Positions 54,807 through 64,000 of a stretch of DNA of 64,000 nucleotides are shown here, piece by piece (positions within the stretch are counted from its first letter, which is position 1; the number at the start of each line of letters is the position of its first letter). The notes beneath the pieces are model-generated. The model ran no database searches. It worked only from the letters and a program-made list of their open reading frames with translations, and was not told the DNA's origin. Both the position numbers and the translations under genes were made by a program. Origin of the DNA: Paramoeba atlantica (taxonomy: Eukaryota > Protista > Discosea); the NCBI GenBank assembly GCA_977017575.1, contig CDRNVI010000030.1, forward strand, positions 1,155,808-1,219,807, written 5' to 3'.

Positions 54807-56630
54807 TCATGATGTGTTTTGCTTAATAATTTCATTTGTTGTTTCGTCCTTCTGTACAGGTGGAATATCTCGCGTAATCCATAGATCACGCGATTTACGA
54901 AATGCGATTACGCGTAATGCGCATTTCGCTTCTCTAAAGCTACATTGGCCGGGATACGCTTTCAGAAACTCGTGAACCATAATCTCCGTAGTGAACCCGT
55001 GGCGTGCGTGCGCTTCAACGTAGCGAAGGAGTCCGTTGATCAGCTCTTTGCGTATGGGAATGTCCGGAGTAAAATTTGATATTTGTCCGGCATCATGATA
55101 ATCTTCTTGAAATACTTTATCACTTTTTCCGATACAGATTTCAATCTGTTTTTCAATAGTAGTTTTATCAACGCGTGGAATTTCAAGAAATTTTCTGTAA
55201 ATAACGGGTGTGACATTCGTGATCAAATTTGGATACGTGTGTATATCATAAGTAGGCGGAAGAACTGGTGACTTTGTAAAATCGAAGAGAGGATTTTTAA
55301 ATCCGTCAAGGGCTTGAAAGGGTAATAGACCCGTAACTTCACCAAGTTGATTCTCCAGATCGTCGTACAGGACTTGAGCTTGATAAAGCTCCTTACAGAA
55401 TTGTGAACAGAAATCCAGTCTGTTCTTTCTCTCCTGTGTTTCTATTCCATGTTTTTTATTTTCGTCTTCTAAAAGGTCGAATATTTCGTCACGATCAAGA
55501 AAGTCTTCCAACTCCTCTGTATCAGTTGTGTCGTCCTCCGATCGACTTTTTGTTGTGCAAGATTCTGCATCGCTGGGTTCGCTTTCCCACTCATCTGCGG
55601 AATTTTCGAATGGTTCTCCAATATCACGAGAGTCCCTTAGCAAACTAATTTCGTGATCGGAAAACTTAAAGATTCCTTGTAGAGGCACCGTATATGAACC
55701 CCAATAGGCAGGTCTGGGCTCAAGTTCCTCGAAACCTTCAGCGCACCAATGGGCTAGCACGCTCTCCATACCTTCTGAAGTTCCAATGAATGAATCTGAT
55801 TGCTGCCACTTTGTGAGAGCTCCCGCAGTTGCATTGGCGCAAAAGCTATTTAATGGAAAAGCATTCCACGCCGACGGGACAGTATTTTTAACCTCTATGG
55901 ATAGGAAATCAGTTGTTTTTTGGCGCCGGATAGAGCGCCACAGCGTGGCGAAAAGCCGAGTGTCGTCATTGTCTTCTATATCATGAAAGACATAACATTT
56001 CGCACTTCTGATCTCTGCTGTTGCTTGAGAACGTTGCTTCATCACAAAGCCAAAGGCTGATAAAGAACGATACGAAACTGAGTTCGTAACATCAGGATCC
56101 TTGAGTTTTATAGCATCGGAACATTGAATATTATTCATGCACGTCAATGGTTTATTGTTACTACTGATGTCGCTCAAATGCGTTCCCGCTTCAAAATCTA
56201 GAATTCTCTTTCTGCGGCCCGGTAAGCGGTGTATTGGTTTTTTGTGTGGTAATCCATCGACCGGGCAGAAAGGCAAATGGCGTAGGCGACAATTTCGACA
56301 GTCTAGATTCACAGCGTCAATCTGAGTTTGAGAAGGGGACAGTGCGCACTCCTTTGATAAAAGCAAAGAATCTCCAGCATCTTTGAAAGTATGAGAATCT
56401 CCTGCATCAGATGTGGTCGCAATGATTTTTTGGTGCACCGTTGATACACTACCCACATCTTTGAAATGAGAATAATAATTTTCGCGTATATTTCTCATTG
56501 CTAAAAATATATTGCTTTGGATCTCTGTCAACTGTTCGGAAGTAATCTCAAACGGAGATATTGCAGGCAAGACGACGCAGGCCACGGCTCGAAGCTGAAG
56601 GTCACTCAAACGCTCAAAAGAAGAATACAT
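54807..56630 (-). CDS. CHAF1A: Chromatin assembly factor 1 subunit A (p150/Cac1)-like
   Basis: 607 aa; PRPAYWGSY (cf. RPAYWGTW of p150), acidic SADEWESEP..EDD..EDFL (CAF1A domain), C-terminal winged-helix-like LINGLLRYV..FLKAYP..AKCALRVIA..W. Confidence 0.7.
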   Translation of the reverse strand: MYSSFERLSDLQLRAVACVVLPAISPFEITSEQLTEIQSNIFLAMRNIRENYYSHFKDVGSVSTVHQKIIATTSDAGDSHTFKDAGDSLLLSKECALSPSQTQIDAVNLDCRNCRLRHLPFCPVDGLPHKKPIHRLPGRRKRILDFEAGTHLSDISSNNKPLTCMNNIQCSDAIKLKDPDVTNSVSYRSLSAFGFVMKQRSQATAEIRSAKCYVFHDIEDNDDTRLFATLWRSIRRQKTTDFLSIEVKNTVPSAWNAFPLNSFCANATAGALTKWQQSDSFIGTSEGMESVLAHWCAEGFEELEPRPAYWGSYTVPLQGIFKFSDHEISLLRDSRDIGEPFENSADEWESEPSDAESCTTKSRSEDDTTDTEELEDFLDRDEIFDLLEDENKKHGIETQERKNRLDFCSQFCKELYQAQVLYDDLENQLGEVTGLLPFQALDGFKNPLFDFTKSPVLPPTYDIHTYPNLITNVTPVIYRKFLEIPRVDKTTIEKQIEICIGKSDKVFQEDYHDAGQISNFTPDIPIRKELINGLLRYVEAHARHGFTTEIMVHEFLKAYPGQCSFREAKCALRVIAFRKSRDLWITRDIPPVQKDETTNEIIKQNTS

Positions 56631-57429
56631 GAAATGTAAGCTTAAGTAATAGGTTGTCGAAGAAAAGTAACTTATTAGTGGCAGTACCAGTCTCTCTCAT
56701 AGCCGTTACTGTGACCCCCCCTTTAATATACACCCCTTTCCCTCTCCCCCTAATCTGCACGAATTACAACTTGAATTTTCAGAGCGTTTTTCGACAGCAG
56801 ATGTTTTGCTTATTTTCAGGATTCGCGGAGACTATAATACAACTATAATATTATATTGCGGTGGTTGTATAACTACCGTTCTATCCTCGATTATTGAAAA
56901 AAAAAGAGAACAAAAACAGTGAAAATATAAAGAGGAACACAGTAATGTAATAGAAGAAAAAAATATGAAAGGGGGCCCCGGTCCTCCAAAACAGAAACAT
57001 TTTTTTCTAGGGAGGCTAGAAAACGGTTTTCCCCGTTCGTTAGTTCCGTAGTGTTTGTGTATGAGGCTATTATGAAGGACATACAGTATAGTGCGAAATA
57101 TTTTTAGATTGAAATACTACATTCATATGAAGAGTCATTATACGGATATTATCTAGGTTAGGTTAGGGAATTTATATACTGTTACATACGTAGTAGAATA
57201 CCGAAAGTCTTATTGATATTCTTACTAAATTACATGCAATGATACCATGCACCAATTATAAGTAATACATAACGCCGGTGTCCTCCGTTTGCTGAATTCT
57301 CTTGCTGCTCATAAAGGTCAATATTTCCTTCAATCGGACACACGATCGAATAGAAAACAAATCCCCCCCCTCTAATTTTAATGAGGTCACATTCAGGGTC
57401 GCTATGGACAACTTCTCCTTCACAGCCGA

Positions 57430-57600
57430 ACCATTTTGGTTCTCCCGCCGCCCTTCCCGCCGCCCTTCCCGCCGCCGTTCCCGCCGCCGTTCCCGCCGCT
57501 CTTCCCGTTTTCCCCATCTCTCTCTCCCTCAGCTGCGCTATTTACTGCGCTCCCCGCCCCGCTCCCTCTCACCGGCCCCTTCCTTGTCTCACTGTCCCAT
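57430..57600 (+). repeat. GC-rich (CCCGCCGCC..)n tandem repeat
   Basis: Short C-rich tandem units; related tracts at 59690-60000 (inverted) and 60670-60900. Confidence 0.7.
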
Positions 57601-57869
57601 GTTATGGAGCTACCCGGCGTCAGTAAAACAAGACGTCAAAAAACTAGGGTAGTATCCACGCAACAATTCAAATTTAGGCAGGGTCGTGGATTAACTTGTT
57701 AAACCACGCTGGGGAGTAGCGAACCCCTCCTACCCTGGAGCTGTTAATTATTGGCTTCCTTCATTGGAGGATAATATTGGAAAACTAACTCCTCTCCAAG
57801 CGGAGGTCAGCCATAGCTTGCTATGGCCGGATACGTCGCAAGACGTATTCGGACTGCCCGTTTGGGGAG

Positions 57870-58178
57870 TTGAGGGGCCAAAACTTTTCGGAGTCAAAAG
57901 GCCCAAATCATCATCATGAAGTTAATAGAGCAGAGGCCAGAGCGGTACGTCTAGCTTTTGAAAGATTCGTACACCATTTTCACCACGACACGTGTATTGA
58001 CCTGTACGTAGACAACACATCATGTGTTGCAGCTATCAACCGAAAAATGTCTAAATCCGATGGAATAACGACTGAATTGGGAGGACTTTTGCGATACTTG
58101 AAAAAGAATGGAGTGTTAGTGCAAGCTCAATACATTTGTTCTAAACAAAACCCAGCAGATCCTATAAGCAGAATGTAG
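57870..58178 (+). pseudogene. RNase H domain of a DIRS/TATE/VIPER-type retroelement
   Basis: VNRAEARAVRLAF..LYVDNTSCVAAIN..YICSKQNPADPISR has the E, D and ADxxSR motifs. Confidence 0.75.
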
Positions 58179-58899
58179 CAACGAAGCTATTAGTATCAAA
58201 TTGTGTAAAAATCAAATTCAAAAAAAAAATCAATAGAACATTACACCGGAACATACAATGTATCTTACAAAAGTTGCAGGAGCAGTGCTGAGTTGGGAGT
58301 AGGCGCCTAACTTGGCACGAAACATGCGATCGGGAGTGATGAAGCGAAGTAGTGTACGAGCGATTGGGTGGTCCCCGCGTGACACCCGTTCGCAAGAGAG
58401 TAGATATGCAGATGACATACATGTATATATTTTAGGACGTCCTTATTTTGTTTCAGATTTGTGTTTTATATTCATTAGTACGATGCTTATTGAGCTCAAA
58501 GTTTTGATTATGTTGTACATAAACATCGTAAAATCATCTATGACAAAACTTGATTTTCTACATCTTATACGTGTTCGTATTTCGATGAACAATTCTCAAA
58601 GTTTACGGAGAGAATTGGGCGAGAAAGAAGAACCTTATTTATTACCTATACGTGATTGGCCCGGCGGGCATTTGCGTGGATTTCCGTTTTGATTCAAACT
58701 TTACAGGGATAAATAAATATATTCATGATTAATATTTTGAAAGAGCGAACTCAATAACTTTCTATCTTTTGTGTTATTTATCTGCGAACCACGAACGAAA
58801 AAATTTACCACGACATCCAAACGAGAATGGAGCGAAAACAGTAAATCAAATTCGACAGCTGCAAGTACCAAGGCTACTTCCAGGGCACGTAATGCTACG

Positions 58900-59565
58900 A
58901 AAGTATCAGGACTGGAAGGATCAAGCACATTTCCTACTTCGGGCAGTGCTACGAATTACGGACCATTCGATGAGGGAAGCTCTTCTAAACCTATGGGGAC
59001 CGCGAACCTTGGAGACACGGACCAGACTGATAAAGGGCCTATCACAAAAAGGTTTTCCACTCAACGAAACCGGTATCGTCTCGTATATGCGACAAATCTC
59101 GGTGTCGCTCCAAACAAAAAGAATATACGTAAGTCATTTGATTGCAGTCCTAAAAGCGTTAAATCAGTCGACACTGAAAGCGGAAATGTACTCTCATGTC
59201 TTGGTAAGGGAGGGCGCGACAGCGCCGTTGCATCAGGCCACACCGGTCACGCCGGAACAGCTGCGGCGCGTAATAAGTCACATGACTCAGGATATGGCGG
59301 TGGTCACCATGATCGCCTACAAAACGGCCTCCCGCGCCGGCGAAGTAGCCAACCTTATACGAGCCGATTTCATAATGAATACCCCTTCTCGCGTAATAAT
59401 ATATTGAGGAAGGAAAACCAAGGCAATGAAGGCACAACCTTACCGACCGGACAGTTTCTCCGTCATAGAAGGGACTTATACTCCAAGAATTTGTCAGTAC
59501 GTCGAAACCCTGCGACCACGACAACACATTATCCCTGATCCTGTAATTTTGCACTATACCTTATA
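58900..59565 (+). pseudogene. Tyrosine recombinase of a TATE/VIPER-like retroelement (premature stop, 3' truncated)
   Basis: APLHQATPVTPEQL..IAYKTASRAGEVANL (catalytic R); in-frame TGA at IIY*GRKTK, then PYRPDSFSVIEG; no HxxR or Y box seen. Confidence 0.75.
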
Positions 59566-59689
59566 AGAATACGAGAAACCTAGAAAAAACCGCATTTAAA
59601 AAGCTCATTTTATGCTTTCTAAAAGTTTGTTGCAAGGATTCGAAATGGGACTGTATATGATACCGGGCGGTGCCACCCATTCCGGCGAA

Positions 59690-60000
59690 AATGGGGCGCG
59701 GCGAAGAGCGAAAGGGTGGCGGAGAGCGCAGCGGAGCGATAGCGTGGTGGGGAGAACGGCGGGGACACCATGGGCGCGGCGGAGAGCGAGGAGGGGAGCG
59801 TGGCGTGGAGTGCAGCCGGTGCCACGGCGGGTGGCGCGGCGGGTGGCGCGGTGGGTGGCGCGGCGGGTGGCGAGAGCGGGGAGCGCGGGTGGGGAGCTCA
59901 GCGGGGAGGGATGCGGGGAGCACGGCGGGGAGAGCGGCGGGTGGCGCGGCGGAAGCGCGGCAGATAGCACGGTGGGTGGTCAGAGGGAGGGGTGAAGGGG
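59690..60000 (-). repeat. G-rich GGCGCGGCGGGT-type tandem repeat
   Basis: Inverse-orientation relative of 57430-57600 and 60670-60900. Confidence 0.7.
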
Positions 60001-60051
60001 GTCATGGGGGAAAAAAACAAAAAAAAAGCAACAAGGTAAAACGCTTACTCG

Positions 60052-60130
60052 CTCTTAGCTTTTGCAGATGATGTTGTACTCTGGGCTCAAAACGAAAAAC
60101 ACCATCAACGGGTACTTCAGTGTACTCTAC
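60052..60130 (+). pseudogene. Non-LTR reverse transcriptase fragment
   Basis: An unlisted frame reads LLAFADDVVLWAQNE, a YADD-box context; very short. Confidence 0.4.
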
Positions 60131-60669
60131 GTCCCCTTATGTCGGGAGGCTGCCTGTATGGTCGAGAGCTCTGCTCTCTCGTGTTGGCAGTGATGCATAG
60201 ATCATCAACCCCCGCACAGCGACCTACGCTGGAAGTAGGAGACCACATCTTTACGGAGACAAATGGTCTGAATTTCTATCTATCTATCTTGCCGGAGCGT
60301 AAAGGGGTTATCCGCGCTCATCAACAAACCTCCGAGACAAGAAGTCTCACTTCCCGCCACTCCAGAATACACAATCTCATCACGTGCCCGTTGAAAGTAT
60401 TCCGCAGCACTCTCCATCTTTCCAGTTTGCCGGAGCGTAAATGGGTTAACCGTGCTCATCAACAAACCTTCCAGATGAAAAGTATCACTTCGTACTTTCA
60501 ACAAGCACGCGACGTTATTGCAGACGCGCGTCACACTCGATTCCTTTTCTCTTCGACGGCCAATTGCCTTGAATCGCGGACGAAAACGCGAATCTTCCGA
60601 CGATGTGGCATTTAAAAAGATCATGGTAAGAATAGGAAAAAAAATTCAACAAGGTACAGGACTTCTACT

Positions 60670-60900
60670 TGCGCTGCTGCTGCGCTCCCCGCCGCGCTCT
60701 CCCGCCGCCCTCCCGCCGCGCTCTCCCGCCGCCCTCCTGCCGCGCTCTCCCACCGTGCTCCCCGCCACGCTCCGGCCGCGCCACCCGCCGCGCTCCCCGC
60801 CGCGCTCCCCGCCCCCCCTCCTCGACTCCTCCTTAGCCCTTCTTGGGCGCTGTCCTCCTCGCCGCCCCCGTGTCCCCCCCTGTGCACCCCGTGCCGCCTC
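60670..60900 (+). repeat. C-rich CCGCCGCGCTC tandem repeat
   Basis: Imperfect tandem units preceding the conserved hairpin at 60917. Confidence 0.7.
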
Positions 60901-61138
60901 TATTACTTGAATGGCACTACCCGGTGTCAAGAAAACAAGACACCAAGAAACTAGGGTAGCTGTCCTGCAGAATGGGTGGCACCTCCCGGTATCAAATATA
61001 ACAAGATACCAAATAATTAGCTTAAGCCGAATGCCCTGACTGGGCATAGCTCACCCTCTTCTCCCCGCCCACGTACGTTGCCCAGGATGTCACCTAACCC
61101 TAGCATCGGATGACGCCATTACACATATTTCCGGCTGA

Positions 61139-61701
61139 GTGAAATGTCACGGAAACAACGCCACAATGAAACACCACAGAATGGTAAGACGCATTTATGA
61201 ACTTTGCCTTAAGGGAGGAATCCCGTGCGAGCTGGAACCCCGTAATCTGTCGTCCTACAAGTGCACTGTATGTGGTGAATCAATACAAGCCGAAAGACGC
61301 CACGAGCATCAACGCACGTGTGGTACCGGTGCCTTGATTCGTTCGGGTCCAGAAATTGTGATACACTGGGCCTCGGGTGACGTTTACTACGACTTCACTA
61401 TTGTACACGAACTTTCGCCCTCAAACATCGGCAGAAAAGGTACACATTGAAGGATGCAATTGGACGCAAAATTAAAACGTACGTGACAACAGAGCTCATC
61501 CCATCCAATCAGTTTGTGTGCATCCCCGTCCTGTCCGGTGGGGCGATGCACGCGAACACGAAGCTCCTGCTGAACACTCTCGCAGACATGTCGGGCGCGG
61601 AGCGTGAGACCGTGCTTGAGGACTCTCCAACTTCAAGAATTGAATGGAGACGTAGTGTATTCTCAGCTGAAACAGTTTCTTGCTCCAGCAACAGGATTTG
61701 A
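61139..61701 (+). pseudogene. Restriction-like endonuclease domain of a CRE/SLACS-type non-LTR element
   Basis: C-HGNNATMKHHRMVRRI..GIPCELEP, GPEIVI..YYDFTIVH, RKIKTY, FVCIPVLSGG; frameshift at about 61445. Confidence 0.6.
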
Positions 61702-62228
61702 GTACGTGGGTGTATAAAACTAATCTTGGTAAGCAATAGGAAATATTTCTAAAAACTCTTGGAAATACTACTCTTGTATACTCGGTCTTTGTACCTGTCA
61801 GAAATAAATAAAAAACTTAAAAAAAACGTAGCATCTGTGGTGTTCGCAGCAAGCAAGGACGGATGGAATCCACTGGACGCGGAAGGTTTTTCACCTGCCG
61901 TCAACGACGTGAACGCAAAAGCAGGAGGCACTCTCGTAGACCCCGAAACGGGTCGTTTCCTTTGCCCCACCACCCAACAGCGCGACCGATCACATCCCTC
62001 TTTTCCCCCAAAGCCATCCATTCACTCTTCCACACAGGTCGATACAGCCCGCGAGCCATCGGACACCGGACCTCTTTTAGATACTGACCCGCCGTTGGGC
62101 GCTGACCTTGACATAGATATTGACCCGCCAGAATGGGACGAAAGTTCAGGCGGGCGAATCTCCTGAAGGCGATCTCCTGAAGCGGTGGGCGACCTCTGAA
62201 GTTCAGGGATCTTCAGACGTACTGCTCT

Positions 62229-62733
62229 TTGGCACCCCAACGAGAGCACAGTCTTGGCAATCGAGGTCCCGGAGGGGGGCTCACCAGGCCAGGCGATGTG
62301 TTTCTCCCCACGTATTCCAAGGCTAAAGGCATGGTCCTTGATTTTGCAGTTACCCACGCTCAGCAAACTAAATACAGGGACAAAGTTCGTAACGCTAGCT
62401 GGGTAGCTGCAGGATCATTCGCCGAGCACTACGCCACGGAAAAAAGGGTGTACCAACGGTTGGAGGCTGAGGAAGCAGCCATGGATTCACAGCAGGCATG
62501 AATTCACAGCCATGGTGGTAGAGAGCTAGGGCTCCTGGATCGTGAGCGCAACGTCCGTTCTAAAGGGAGTCGGAAAGAGGCGGGCACAGGCCTCAAATGG
62601 GACCCTTACGGAAGAGCAGGCTACAAATAAATTGTATGCCGAATTGAATGTGACCCTCATGCGAGCACAAGCTCGTATGATGGTTACACGCATGGCTGTG
62701 CCCGACCCGAACGAGCCCATCACGAAAGGATAG
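62229..62733 (+). pseudogene. Second CRE-clade restriction-like endonuclease 3' fragment
   Basis: RPGDVFLP..GMVLDFAVTH..AEHYATEK, then FTAMVVES*GSW..LYAELNVTLMRAQARM: typical CRE C-terminus with a frameshift and a stop. Confidence 0.75.
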
Positions 62734-63540
62734 TGTCGGACCCAACGGATCCTATGGTGGTGACATAGGCCACGGGTGCTGGTCGGGTCGACAGAGTCTA
62801 TGCTCACGCCTAGCCCGCGAGGGCTAGGTACCCCAAGTGAGGTAGTACACGGGTAGTGAATCTCCTCCCCGTCGGCCAGTATCCTGTTTCGCGACCGTGT
62901 CGCTGTCGACACAGGCCCGCGCCTGCGCCCTCCCGTATAGCAAGGGAAGGGTTCACAAGTCAGGCCGTGGAGTGGTCGAAAGACCCGGTCCGGAACGCGC
63001 GAATGGTTGGGGAGCCACCTGCAGTCCGGGTGAAACGAAGCTGAGGGAGACCTTACCCTCCCTGAAAAGTTGAAAAGTTGGGTAGGGGAAAGTAGGAAAG
63101 TAAGGAGAAAGGTGGGGAAAAGTATGTCAAGAGGTGAGAAAGTGAGAGAGAAAGGTGAGAAAGAGAGTGAAAAATTTTCTATGTCAAGAGGTGAGAAAGT
63201 GAGACAGAAAGAGGAGAAAAAAAAATTGCTTGTTTTCAATTCATATACCCCCCCCAATGGACCTACTTGGTTCGTCTACTGGGTCAAAAGATAGAGGCAA
63301 TGCCGCGATTCATACTTCTCCCCCCTTATTAATTGAAATAAAAATAAAAAATTCTTGGAAATCCGCGCCTTCAAAGAAGGTGGTGCAAGAAAGGAAAAAA
63401 AGGGGGGGACGGGGGACGACGGCGAGGATGGCAGGCGATGTTGTTGTTTTCTTTTCTCTTAAAAGTTGAAACCTAAATGACTACGGGGGGAACGCGCTCC
63501 ATCGTTCGAAAGAGGAGAAAGGAAAACAGGTGTTCGTGCA

Positions 63541-63784
63541 TTCTACAGGCGAGGTCTCCTCACATCCACCGGCAAAGTCTCATTGCGCGCGACCGTTGGC
63601 ATCTTGATTCTAGGGCGCCCAAATCCCTTTTCAGCTCGGATCTGGTTTGTCTGCGATTGCTGCGTTCCCGAGGTTTTGTCGGGACGGCGAAATCAGTGCA
63701 CGGATCTGCGGTTCTACTGGCGAAGTCTCCTCACATCCACCGGCAAAGTCTCATTGCGTGCGATCGTTGGCATCTTGATTCTAG
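63541..63784 (+). repeat. 73-bp direct repeat, period 171 bp
   Basis: TTCTAC(A/T)GGCGA(G/A)GTCTCCTCACATCCACCGGCAAAGTCTCATTGCG..ATCTTGATTCTAG at 63541 and 63712. Confidence 0.75.
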
Positions 63785-64000
63785 CTAACTCACCCGGCGT
63801 CGCACAACAAACCGCTACATGATGAGAAGATGTATTGTGCCTTTTGACTCCGAAGAGTTATGGCCCCTCAACTCCCCAAACGGGCAGTCCGAATACGTCT
63901 TGCGACGTATCCGGAGAGCCAGCCATAGCAAGCTACGGCTGACCTCCGCTTGGAGAGGAGTTAGGTTACAGCTAGGGAGGTGGGGTGTGCTATACCCCTG

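Noticed and set aside
58385-58410. RYADDI reverse-transcriptase-like motif
   Set aside because: No flanking RT motifs, and it lies downstream of RNase H; may be chance.
61040-61115. Possible HDV-like ribozyme upstream of the CRE fragment
   Set aside because: P1 (GGGCA/UGCCC) and a CC:GG P1.1 can be drawn, but P3 has only 2 bp, P2 is poor and position 1 is not G.
1-64000. tRNA, rRNA, snRNA or spliced-leader genes
   Set aside because: No cloverleaf with T-loop, rRNA signature or AACTAACGCT-type leader found by eye; very divergent copies could be missed.

Overview
Eukaryotic DNA, most likely from a kinetoplastid. Evidence: intronless host genes all lie on the minus strand like a polycistronic directional cluster; one is a kinetoplast-associated HMG-like protein; TATE/VIPER-like and CRE-like retroelement relics are present. 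The taxon is inferred, not proven. Bases 1-29 kb hold most host genes: KAP-like, ALYREF-like, Nup107, mL44-like, RAD1, and two paralogous RanBP2 zinc-finger array proteins with about 10 and about 36 fingers. Bases 29-64 kb are mainly nested, decayed mobile elements (hAT, Tc1/mariner, pogo, Merlin, PIF/Harbinger, tyrosine-recombinase retroelements, CRE-type non-LTR) around one host gene, CAF-1 subunit A. Highlights: (1) a near-canonical twister ribozyme at 29569-29639 with degenerate relatives; (2) an intact bacterial-type IS30 transposon with triplicated end repeats, nested in a host repeat; (3) a 1672-aa protein made almost entirely of RanBP2 fingers; (4) hAT-like elements with 6-bp target duplications and complementary deletions; (5) C-rich/G-rich skew islands over the 5' ends of three genes; (6) a tandem array of UUCG hairpins. 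All family assignments come from motif recognition by eye; no database searches were run.
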